Source of the DNA: Iphione sp. A-MEVVRFRX5
Taxonomy: Eukaryota
Assembly (NCBI GenBank): GCA_976226885.1
Contig: OZ320316.1
Span: 62,558,001 to 62,622,000, forward strand
Length of the DNA: 64,000 nucleotides
Reading direction: 5' to 3'
Within the stretch, counting starts at the first letter, position 1, and each line of letters opens with the position of its first letter. This document shows, one piece after another, positions 40,280-51,403 of this stretch. Under the pieces are notes generated by a model. The model had not been told where the DNA came from, ran no database searches, and saw only the letters and a list, made by a program, of their open reading frames with translations. The position numbers and the translations under genes are program-made.

Positions 40280-43200
40280 CACTTGATCCCTATGTATTGT
40301 GCAGGGTCTAAGCACGTTGGATGCTCTGTTGATCAATAACGATGACATCATTTGATCAGATGGCTTCTGTCAACATAACATGAACCCATCGAAGGAAAAA
40401 ATCTATATTTCGAATACTTGCCTATCACCCTGTTGCTTTTTTGATAAAATTATTTGAACTATCAGTTTGGTCATAACAGTGGTATCGCTGGCAATAATAT
40501 ATTTTTGGGCTAGATATATATAGCTAAAAATACCATTGCCATACCATACTATAAATTATATATATATTTTTTTATGGGTGAAGCGTGGCTAGATCTTTCT
40601 TCCTTGAGAAAAGAAATTATATATATATATATATACGATGAAATAACGTGAAACGTCTTTAAAATGCCGCACGTGCAACTATTGCTAATTTGTGGCTTTC
40701 ATCTTGTTAATGAACTCGAGAATGGCTTTGTTAGAGCTGCTGTTCGCTGTTGTGTTCTGCTACAGGCGCGTTATGATCGAAAAGACCCGCCAAGTCAGGC
40801 GTACATTGGTGTGCACGGTCGGTAGAAGTACATTAGCTTTAGGGTGCCAATAGTACTGATGAACTAGCTCCAACATTGCTTTCATGTAGCTCAATACCAG
40901 GAGCTTTTACAGCATGGTTGGCATCCGCAGTTTCTATGTGACAAGAAGAGAGGCAGGATCGCAAAAAATACACCTATTGACAGTTGCCTCGATGTTATTG
41001 CGTGTTTTACTTAAACAAAACCGTGTCACTTGACAAACACGTATTGAGCTGCGGCCTACGGTGGAAGTCGAGAGGCTTCTGGGAAGCACCATGTGACTCG
41101 CCTGCCTGAGAATCTGCACGCCTGCCAACATATGCGCCATGACGTGACAAGTTTCAATCGACTTTCTCTTTCTTATTCTCTGCCGTCTCTCTGACCACTT
41201 GAACTACAAGGTTCTGTTTTCACACGCCGCCTGCGCCACGCAATGGGCCTCTTCCGAATGCGTGGAGGACCTGCCTTTTCCGAACTTGGAGCACGGAGCA
41301 CCCCAACGACAAAAATTAACTTCCTTTTGTTTCACCATTAGTCTCGCCCGACTTGAAACAATGACATTTGAATAGAATTCACTTTAAACCGGCTTCGATT
41401 TCCACCTCCGTGGTTTTCATCGCATGTTTGCGTTCTTGAGTGACTGTTACGCTGATTGTTTAAAGTATTCGATCACAATTCGCTATGGCATGCTGCGGGT
41501 TGGAGCTGCACTCCGAATGGAATAGTCCTTAGACCAAATACATGGCTCAAGTTGACAAGATACAGTGATATATTCATTTCCATGCACTATTATAAAACCA
41601 ATCATACCGAGGCTACTGTTCACGGGAGCAAGTATAATGTCCATGCGAAAGCAGCCTTATGTTATCGATATTGGGAACTTTCTCTTTTGCAATGTAGTTT
41701 CAGTCGATAAGTTATCTTTTCTTTCCAATAGATTCAGACACACCTTGTTTATATGTTATTCAACTGTCGATTTAATGTTCATAATATGTGTAATTTTGCT
41801 GTACTGTATCAAGGAATTTGACAATAACGTTCCCAGGAGCTCCCCAATTTATGTCGGTCCTGTCGCAGGTGTCGACTGGGTCACGTCCGGACTGCGTCAG
41901 CTGCGTTGAACCCTAGCTGTGAACAGCGCTATCTGCTCTCTGCGGGTCTGATGGGAGCACTGGAAGTGATGAGCAAATCGGCGGCAGCTGACATTGGAGA
42001 CGCCATCAAGTACGCTCCAACTCCACGGGAACGGCAATGTGAAGTGATCAACTCATTCACCATCCAATGAACTCGGCGCACATTATTTAACTGCAATAGA
42101 GCAGCCGTGAGAGTCTCCTAAGAAATTCTAAGCATTATTGATTTGTCACCTTCGTGGTTGTGTCCAAATTACATAGGGGTGACGGTGTTTTTTTCTTGTT
42201 TTCTTTTTAGGCGGGTAGGTTAGGAAGAAATCCTCTAGCAATTGGCGCACATTTTTCAGGATAAATCTGAAAGTACTCTCTAATGTCCAAACGTTGCTTG
42301 TTTCACAGGAAACGACACTAGAATCTATCTATTAATTCCTGTCTGGCATTCCTTCAGAATGACATCTGCAATTTTGATCGCTCTCCAAATGCTTAGTTTC
42401 GCATTACCATTTTGACGGCTGGTGATTTGGAACAATATCGAAAGCTCTGTAGCATTTGTTGAAAGGGACTGTCGCTGGCTTCGCAGCAGGAGCCCGTGGT
42501 CACCGTGCCAGCTACATTGCAATTGGCCTCTTTGTCACGATTCTCGTCGCCGGGAAAGCACCACCCACGTGGTTGTGCGGAGCTCATCAAATTTGGCCGT
42601 GTGATTCATGTTGTAAGCCTGGCATACACCACTCAATAATGACCGTCCAATCTGAAGCTGACCAAACTCCACATGCAACCGCGAAACTCGACGTTAAATG
42701 ATGAATTCCACGCATGTTGTACATATGAGCAGATGACTATTAAAATTATTGTTATTATTATATTATTATTATGGAGTGATTTCATCATGGAACTTTAACA
42801 CTTTCATAATACTGTTTGATTTGATCTTGTCTATGCATAAAAATTGACATAATTTAACCACTAGTAACGCGGGCGCAACTACCAGGTACTGGGCTTCTTT
42901 AGACCGTCAAATCTGTCTGTCCAACTGAAAATTAAAATTGTAATGTAAAATTAAGATTGTATTCCCCTCACCAACTCTGCACAGATAAGGGACACATGAG
43001 CTATTGTTGACAAGTACTACGCAACACCTCTTTATCGCCACTACTAATCCTCCAAGTATTCCTATTACGTACATTTACACCGATCAAATGACTAATAGCC
43101 AAATTCTAGTGCTTTTAGTCAATCCTCACCGCTCTGGACGTGCTTTGTATACAATATTAATTCTTGCTGCTAAAATATTACATTACAAATTAAACTTAGA

Positions 43201-44266
43201 TGTGCAATGGACATAGCTACATTACCAAAGTTGGTGTGTTTTTCATTTCTCAGACAAGGTGAATTATTTGTATTTGAAGATCTCATTGATCATTTGAAAA
43301 TTCGTTATTATGTTTTCAGTGAGCGCTGACTTCAGCCTACTTTCCATAAACTTGTCAGGGTGATGCTGTGAAGGTCCGTGAAAAACTGTCACCAAGTTTC
43401 CCCGGGAAACATGGAGAGAGTATATATTGTGAGCGCCCATTCACATCCATGAATGTATGTATGTACAATGTTTGTACATGTATATAGATATTCATATGAG
43501 TTGAACTTTGTTGTATTGTGCTCTAATCTCTCGAATTTGTGCCTAAAGCCTTAATTGTGTTTCATTGCTCCAACGTCTTGAAATTGAACCATTGTGTGAA
43601 AATGTGCAGATATGTGTGGAAGGTTACCTGAAAAGAATCCTCTTTTCATGTACTGCTGGGCTAAACACGGTGCCATTGCCATGACAAATGGAACTTGTCC
43701 CACTCTGAGGTGTGACGCATGACCAAATACTGCATTGTTAAGAATGGACCAAAATGAAAATCATGACGGTGAAAATACAACCATTAAAACACACACACAT
43801 GGAAACCAGGTCTTTTGCATGGCTTATTGCATCAATGATACTGTAGCTGAATGGGTCATTGCAGCTTAGGTATTGCTACATATGTTCATTGAAAAAGGTG
43901 AGGTATCTATGGAGTATAATCATTTACAAATATATATATATATGCATACATGTTTGACGTGTGTGTGGATCTATTCTTTAACCTCTGCTGTATAGCGTTT
44001 TTAAATTACATCAATAGCACCAAAATGAAGAAAAACGATGTCTAAAATAGACATTATATCATAAACTCTCATGTTATTTCATATAAATTATGTCAAATTA
44101 TGATATATTCAGCAATTCTGCTGTAAAATAACTTAAAAATGAAATAGTTAATGAATTCACAACAATATTATTATGACAAAATGTGCCTTTGGCGATATGT
44201 CCTGCCACTAAGTCCATATATCCCACTGCTATGTCCGTATGTCCCATAGGACATACCTCTCACCCT

Positions 44267-44350
44267 GTCTCTCCCTCCTCTCTCTCTCTCTTCTCTCTCT
44301 CTCTCTCCCTCTCACTTTCTGCCTGCCTTTCTGTCTCTCTCCCTCTCCCC
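44267..44350. repeat. (CT)n microsatellite, imperfect
   Basis: Read directly. Confidence 0.9.
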
Positions 44351-47300
44351 ATAGTGGTTGTGTGGTCTGATTGGCAGAATTAGGTCATCTTTATGCTCCC
44401 TCTCCAAAGTAGGTCAATATATCTACCCCAACTGAAAAAGTAGTGAGTTCTCCCCACAACAAATAATAATCTCTTTTCATGCTCAAAATATGGATAGATA
44501 TTCCTTTTTCTTGATAAAAAAAAATCTTTAGGCATGCTTCAATAACATAAATAGTATACTTTCATGAAATAACATTTCTAGGAGATGAAGCTTCATGGGG
44601 ACGGACTACTTTCAGAAGACGTTTTTGATAGGTAGTGCAAACACTGATGAATCACCTATGGTTGTTTAAATGAGACTGCTATAACAATTAATATAAAACT
44701 GGTATCCCCTAGAACACATCTGTAAGCAGACATGTGTTGTTACCCCATATATATCGTAAGTTATGTCTCTAGGGAGGTTTTAAACCGATCGTTGCGTTTT
44801 TAATTTATGAAAATTTGCCCCTATAATGATCTTGTAGTCCGACAATGCCTCCCACATCAAAACCAAGAGTGACTGCTGCATTTCAGTGAGCGGCAAGAAT
44901 CTCGATCCCATCAAATTTGTGGACAAAGAGGAGGTCATCGCCCACATTGAAGAACGTCTATTTTCTCAGGTACAAACGTACAGTATAATGATTGTGCTTT
45001 AGCGGAAATCCAATAGTCTGATGATGTTGTAGAAGGTTCCCGTGTATACTTCTGTCACCCAGCAGGAGGCACGAACGTGATCCCCTGTAGAACATGTGAG
45101 CCTTTTGTAGCTGAATATAACATTTATAAAAGTCAAAGAGATCCACTGTAAGAGCATTATTTTGTTTCAAGAGGTACATCAATTATACCAGGATTTTCAG
45201 CGAAGATATCAATGCTCCCATGCCACTGATGTCCCCTTTGCGTTTATTTGATATCCGCCCTTCTGAAAGAAGGTAATCTGGGACTGAGTGGTTTGGTTCT
45301 TATGTTGGGGAAGGCCTTGCCGAGCTTGGCTCTAGTGAGATTCAAATGTAACTAAATGGTCAAAGGTTTCAGTGTCCCTAAACTCCATTACTCCCCTGTG
45401 ATCGACTCCACCTGTTTTCAAAGGGCAGGCTGGACACTGCTTGCATTGGCCAATATATATTGTGATACCACAGGACTGTGTATGCAGTCTCCTTGTATAG
45501 TTGACGGCTGGGTGGACGGATGCCTCGACTGGTTCCTATTCGGTTAAATTCAGTTTTCCTCTACGTATATGCAACCGGATAGAATCCAGATTGGATGTCG
45601 TTTAATTTAATGCAATATATGTTAGACCAGTTTACGTGGGTACTTAGTAAAGATAACTAGCAGCGGGTGTGCGGGTAGACCTGTTCGCATAAATTGTCTT
45701 TGCTACTCACATATGGCTACACAGAAACCAAATTTGATCCCGTTAGCTACACACCATCTACGGCCGATCAGTTTGCGAATAAGTGTGGAGGGGATGTGTG
45801 ACTAATTTGTAAATGGCTGACTGTGTGTTCAAATACGAGCTGGTTTTCATGCCCAAACTATATCTCCCCTGATCAAGTAGGACTGTGTACGCACTGAACA
45901 AAGCTTAGAATTTATCAGTGTAGCCCGGCAATAGTGAGTTGGTTGCCATGGCGCGTCTTGACTTGTCCAGACATCGATGATCAGTTTCTCCAACACTCAC
46001 AGGAGTGAAAGCCGCATGGTATTATTTGCTATCTCGGTAAAATGTACAGTATTTCTTTCCTCCAGTCTACAAAATAATCGTCTGTTCAGTGTTTGGAGAG
46101 ACGGTCTCCATGCCTTCACCTTGTTGAGACTATCCAACATGAATCTCAGTCGTAAGGAGAGTGATACGGAGTATGGGGTACATCGAATGAAGAAGGTGCC
46201 TGGCTATAGCCTCTCTGTGATTCTATAATAAATGTGTTTATACTTTTAGGTACCGAGATGTCTGATCTTTGTAGCTAATCTATCATGTAACTTCAGTTAC
46301 CATGTGGATGCGTTTTAGATATGTGTGTGAAGTCCATGATTATGTGCCTTTTGCCTCCATGGGTTACAACAGAAGCACTTCCAAGCACCTGTACATACTA
46401 GAGGTTTAACATGGTCCATATCTTATATCAGGGCAAATCAGAATTTCCACTTCCAGAGTTGTCTGTTTCAGGTTAGAATTGCATAGACTTGGATCTGGAC
46501 GGCACAGCTGATGTATGGTCAGTGTATGAACAAGGTATTAGGAAGTGCGTCGTATGATTATTCAAGATATATAAATCAAAACAAAATTTAAATTTATCTT
46601 CTGCTTATATATTTAGAGACGTTTGCACAAAGCGGCACAATTTATACCGAATCTGCATGTTTTTCGGGTCATTTGAACACAACACAATTTATGCAGAATC
46701 CACTCATGTTCATACATACCTATGTATAACATGGTCTGCCGTGGAGCAAGTATACGTGCAGATAGAGGCAGACCTATACATAATTGTCCCTAATCCATTT
46801 AAAGATGTCTGCATGGCAGTCGTGGACCACATACACATATGCACCTGGAATCAGGGTCCTAGTTTGAATTTCTGTGTCAGTGTACAATGTGTCCACAATT
46901 CTGCTATCACAGCATGGAGTCTACGTTTCATTCAGTCTGTCATATCCCAGTCAAAGGAATGCAGAGGTTCAGTCAAGGAATGCGGACTCAAAATCGTCAT
47001 AGCAAGAAAAAAAACAAGTAACATGTTTCGTAGAAATTATGCTTTAAGGAATGCTGTGCAACAGATATAATGTAGATTTTAAATGCTGGTTAAAATAGAA
47101 TAAAAGAGGTGCCTTGACAGGCTTCGATGTACTTGTCACGTTTGCCTTTGTGTGAAGAGCTGGCTATAAAGTACAAGATTTTAAACAGAGCTGATCATAA
47201 TGAGGGACACAATTCAAAATGGCTTTTGACCATCCATGTACATGTATGCTGGAATGCAATATTACGTCAATTGAAGTAATGTGAGGTTACGTATACGAGA

Positions 47301-47849
47301 TATATTCCAATGAATATCTCTTATATCTATGCATTGATATTTCTTTCGGAAGCATATACATGTATAGTAGTACATGTATTTACAATGCTTACTTTTCATA
47401 TATCAGAATGAAAATTTTGGTTTTGGTAAAATTTGTCCTCCCGGCATGCAGCTCTTATAATCAACCCTAGTTCTACCGCACAGCTAAGCTGCTGTCCTGG
47501 TATAATCTTTGATCGCATTGTAACTCAGACACATAACAAAGCAGGTGGGTCCTTCGCCGCAAAGTGCTAGCCCCTGTAATCCTGTAAACGACCTACGTAA
47601 CAGTGAATGTCTCTAATGAAAATAGTATCGATTGATATTAGTAGCGAGATGATCACCTTTACGCACAAGCTATGTGACTCTTTCAGGGAGCGCCAGGGCC
47701 ATAAGGTGATTGGACGGGAAGGTGGCAGTAGGTGTGGCTAGAAGCAACTTGATAACAGGCGGGTTGGGGCGTGATGGGCTTGGGTGTGCACTCATCCCTA
47801 GCCGGCCGTCGGGCCAGAGCCATTCAGCTGGTAGCAGTCTCATGTCTAC

Positions 47850-48550
47850 ATCGCACACACCAACCGTCGGCACCAGCACCCTCACACTAACACCCGGTAG
47901 AGAGAGAGGGCGCTGCTGTGCCGGCTATAGACGGAGTGCATGACGCCAACCAGTCACGAGCCGCACTTCGGCGGAGAGGTCTGCGGTGCCGCGGAGGGAG
48001 TGGCAGGGAGGAGGAGAGAGAGCACGGCGTGAGTAGCAGCAGCAGTCTTATCAACGCCACCGGGCAGCCTCATCTCAGCGGCCGACAACCGTGCGAGCGG
48101 CAGAGGCGGAGACGGCGGCGGACGGGACGGCCAATCAGCATAGGACCTTGGGAATATGGGCAAATATGAACTTCAAGTACGGCTGCTTGTCTGAAGTAGT
48201 TTGAAACTCAGACGGCGGAAAATTCAATCGGGAAAGCCAGGAGCAAGGGATGTGTATCACAAATTTGATCCAATGGAAGTGACAGGAAGACAGTGTGCGC
48301 GTCGTAACAAGATGAGTCGCACGCCAATGCGGTGTGTACTTTGTGACAGGCAGGAGAAGCTACTGTGACGTGAGGCGGCCACACCGTCCGGAGTGATGTG
48401 CCACAGGCAGGCGTTCACAGTGCCTACTACTCAGCTGCAGTCGGCTTAACTACTCCATCTGACGTGTAACGGAAAGGGGCGTGACGCTAGGTCTCATCCT
48501 TCGCCGTGATCAAATGGCCTGTCTGCCTATCTAGAAGCTTCGCTCTCGCA
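47850..48550 (+). promoter_or_regulatory. GC/CpG-rich putative promoter and 5' UTR of the protocadherin
   Basis: Abrupt rise in GC and CpG relative to the AT-rich sequence upstream of ~47650. GAGA runs at 47899-47908 and 48011-48022, GGCCAATCAG at 48129-48138, directly upstream of the ORF. Function is inferred from position. Confidence 0.55.
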
Positions 48551-48553
48551 GAA

Positions 48554-51397
48554 ATGAGGACCGTCTGCTACAGCAGAATGTGGTGTAGTAAGGTGCACAT
48601 TATGTTGTCAGGTATGCTGTTCTTATTCTTCACTGATATGGGGCGCGTAGAAAGCGCGAAGGATGGGGGCGACGAACGCCTCCGGCGGGCCGCAGCCGAC
48701 GACGGCCCGGGCCTTATCAGTTATCACATGCTGGAGGAGCTAGCCCGCGGCTCACGTATCGGCTCAGTGGCCACCGATGCCCGCCTGGACGAGCGCTATA
48801 CCCTCCAGGAGCGTCAAAAACTCCGCTTTAGCTTCCTGGAGCAACCGGGCGTCGACACTAAGCTGTTTGCCATAGATGATGTAACGGGGATCATCACCAC
48901 TGCCGCACGCATCGACCGTGACCAACTCTGCCCACAGCAACCCCGCTGTGAGGTCTTCCTCGATGTGGCGGTGGGTCCCGCCCAGTTCTTTCAGGTGATC
49001 CACACACGTATTGAAATCCTTGACGTAAACGATAACCGACCGCGATTCCCGCAGCGTGTCATCGAGTTGCAAATCCCAGAAAGCGCCCTCACCGGAACGG
49101 GATTCTCGTTGCCACTAGCCGTGGACCGCGACAGTGACATGAATGGGGTACAAAAGTACGAATTGGTACATGGTGCCAGAAAGTTCGACCTGGCCGAGGA
49201 CATCACTGCTGGGGAGGTGACCGACCTCAAGCTGGTGCTGATCGGCGAGCTGGACCGTGAGAAGACAGACTTTTACCAACTGCGACTCATCGCCCACGAT
49301 GGCGGCACATCACCTCGATCGGGCGTGGCCACCATCAATATTACCGTCCTGGACGCCAACGATAACGACCCTGTGTTTCTCAACAAATCATACGAGGTAC
49401 GCGTGCCAGAGGACCAATCACTGAACACCACTCTGGCTCGCCTGAAAGCAATTGACGCTGATTTGGGCAAAAACGCTCATCTGACCTACTCGCTAAGTAG
49501 TCGAAGCACCTCAAACTATGGCGAGACTTTCGCCATCAACCCGCATACCGGAGACCTCTCTTTACGAGGACCACTGGACTACGAGCGCGTCAAGCGTTAC
49601 AACCTCATCGTTACCGTGCGCGACGGCGGCGCCGGCGCACCCCACGTCGACCAGTGCACTGTTACTGTCGACGTTCTTGATGTCAACGACAATGCACCCC
49701 AAGTGACTGTCAACACGCTCACTTCTAGTGGAGACGCCCAGATCTCGGAGCTGTGCGCCGTCGACACTTTTGTTGCTCACATTTCGGCCGTCGATCGCGA
49801 CTCTGGCCGTAACGGCGAGCTGAGCTGCTCCTTGGACTCGTCGCTCTTCCGACTTGTGCTGCTTAATAGAAACCAATACAAAATCGTTACGGCGGGTCCT
49901 CTCGACAGGGAGGTTCGGTCGAACTACATGCTGGCTCTGAGCTGCTCGGACCTTGGCCGACCACCTCAGACGACCACGATGTTGATCAAAGTGCGCGTGC
50001 TCGACGAAAACGATCACGTGCCTGTATTCGAGCAGGACAGCTATGCTGTGGCCATTGAAGAAAACAACCCGATCGAAATGTTTTTACTGCGTCTTAACGC
50101 CACGGATAGGGACGCAGGAGCTAACGCTCGTATAAGGTACACAATGGAACCGGCCAGGAACGATCTATTCACGCTGGATCCAGACACAGGTGTCCTCAAG
50201 ACGGCCACCTCCTTCGACCATGAGCGAGTGCAGCAACTCGAGGTGCGGGTGGTCGCCTCCGACCACGGCGAGCCACCTCTTTCTACTAGCACCACACTGC
50301 TGGTCAGGATCATCGATGAGAACGATGAGAAGCCGCAATTCACAAAGGAGAAATACTCGTTTGGGGTAGTTGAGAACCGACCCATTAACTCTGAGGTTGG
50401 CCGCGTGGCCGCCAGGGATGCCGACCTTGAACCCTTCAACCGCATCACCTTCGCGTTCGATGCGCGTGATGCGGCCTCCGGCGTATTCGAGATCAACCCG
50501 ACGACAGGTTTGATCACGACGAGGCAGAGCTTGGACCGCGAGAAACAGAGCGCCTACCATCTGCGAGTTCTCGCCTACAATCCAGGATACCCCTCGACCA
50601 CCAGCGTTGCGGCGCTAGCCGTACATGTCTCCGACGAGAATGACAACGCGCCCGTATTGGACCGACCACAGAATGGCAATGCCACTGTGTCCATCTCCAA
50701 CCACGTTCCCGTTGGCTACACCGTCTATAGAGTGCGGGCCCACGATATCGACATCGGCACCAACGCCAAGCTCAGCTACCGTATCGTCGGCGGCAACAAG
50801 GGCGGCCTCTTCGCTGTGACGTCTACTACAGGGGCCGTCACCACGACACGCGATCTTTCCACCATCGAACATCATCGGGAGGTATTGCGCGTACAGGTGC
50901 GCGACGGCGGCGAACCGGCGCGGACGTCGTCGGGCTTCCTGACCGTGTTAGTTAACAGCTCCATCATCTACCGGCGCCCGAGCGACCTGCACGTCGAGCC
51001 GCCGCGTCCCGCCAACAACATGATCATTGTGCTCGTCCTGAGCGCAGCTTCTGGTCTTGTGCTGCTCGTGCTTATCATTGTGCTTATCTGTATCAAGCTG
51101 CAGACGGTGCAGCGGCGCCGGCACACCTACAAGTGCCGGCCCGAGGCGCAGCGCATGCTTCGCGCCATCGACGGCAAAGAGGAGCACTCGCCCATGAGCA
51201 ACATCTACCTGCCCCCCGCCTCGGCGGCCGGGGTAAAATGCAAAGAAGTGGGGCGCCGCGTGCAGGCCGAAGGCAGCTCGACGCAGAACGTGCACGGCTG
51301 TGTCGCAATGGAGGAAGGCCTCCAAAAGATGGCGAGCGAACAGTACATGAGCAACATGAGGTACTCGCGACCTCCGGGCAAGAATGGCCCGACAGAG
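48554..51397 (+). CDS. Pcdh: Protocadherin, 7 EC repeats (delta1-like architecture): large first coding exon, CDS incomplete at the 3' end
   Basis: Uninterrupted 948-codon frame from the first in-frame ATG (in-frame stop at 48488). Hydrophobic signal (MLSGMLFLFF...VESA). Six linkers (DVNDNRP, DANDNDP, DVNDNAP, DENDHVP, DENDEKP, DENDNAP) define 7 EC repeats with DRD/DRE/DYE and DxD motifs. EC1 carries C-X5-C (CPQQPRC). TM helix at 51020-51094, then RRRHTYKCRPEAQRML. The symbol is family-level only; orthology to PCDH1/7/9/11 is not claimed. The track ORF to 51439 runs 13 codons into the intron. Confidence 0.97.
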
Positions 51398-51403
51398 GTG
51401 AGT
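51398..51403 (+). other. 5' splice donor (phase 0) ending the protocadherin exon
   Basis: Consensus GAG|GTGAGT, with GC content collapsing immediately afterwards (ataaatatttttt). Confidence 0.85.

Noticed and set aside
40096-40311. ORF with an internal 32-aa repeat
   Set aside because: A by-product of the 96-bp tandem duplication; not a zinc finger or other known repeat.
48506-48553. GTG start used by the ORF track, and the 13 codons after 51397 (VSINIFTIHVRCP)
   Set aside because: A eukaryotic gene would use ATG (48554 or a later Met), and the 3' extension lies beyond a consensus splice donor in AT-rich sequence.
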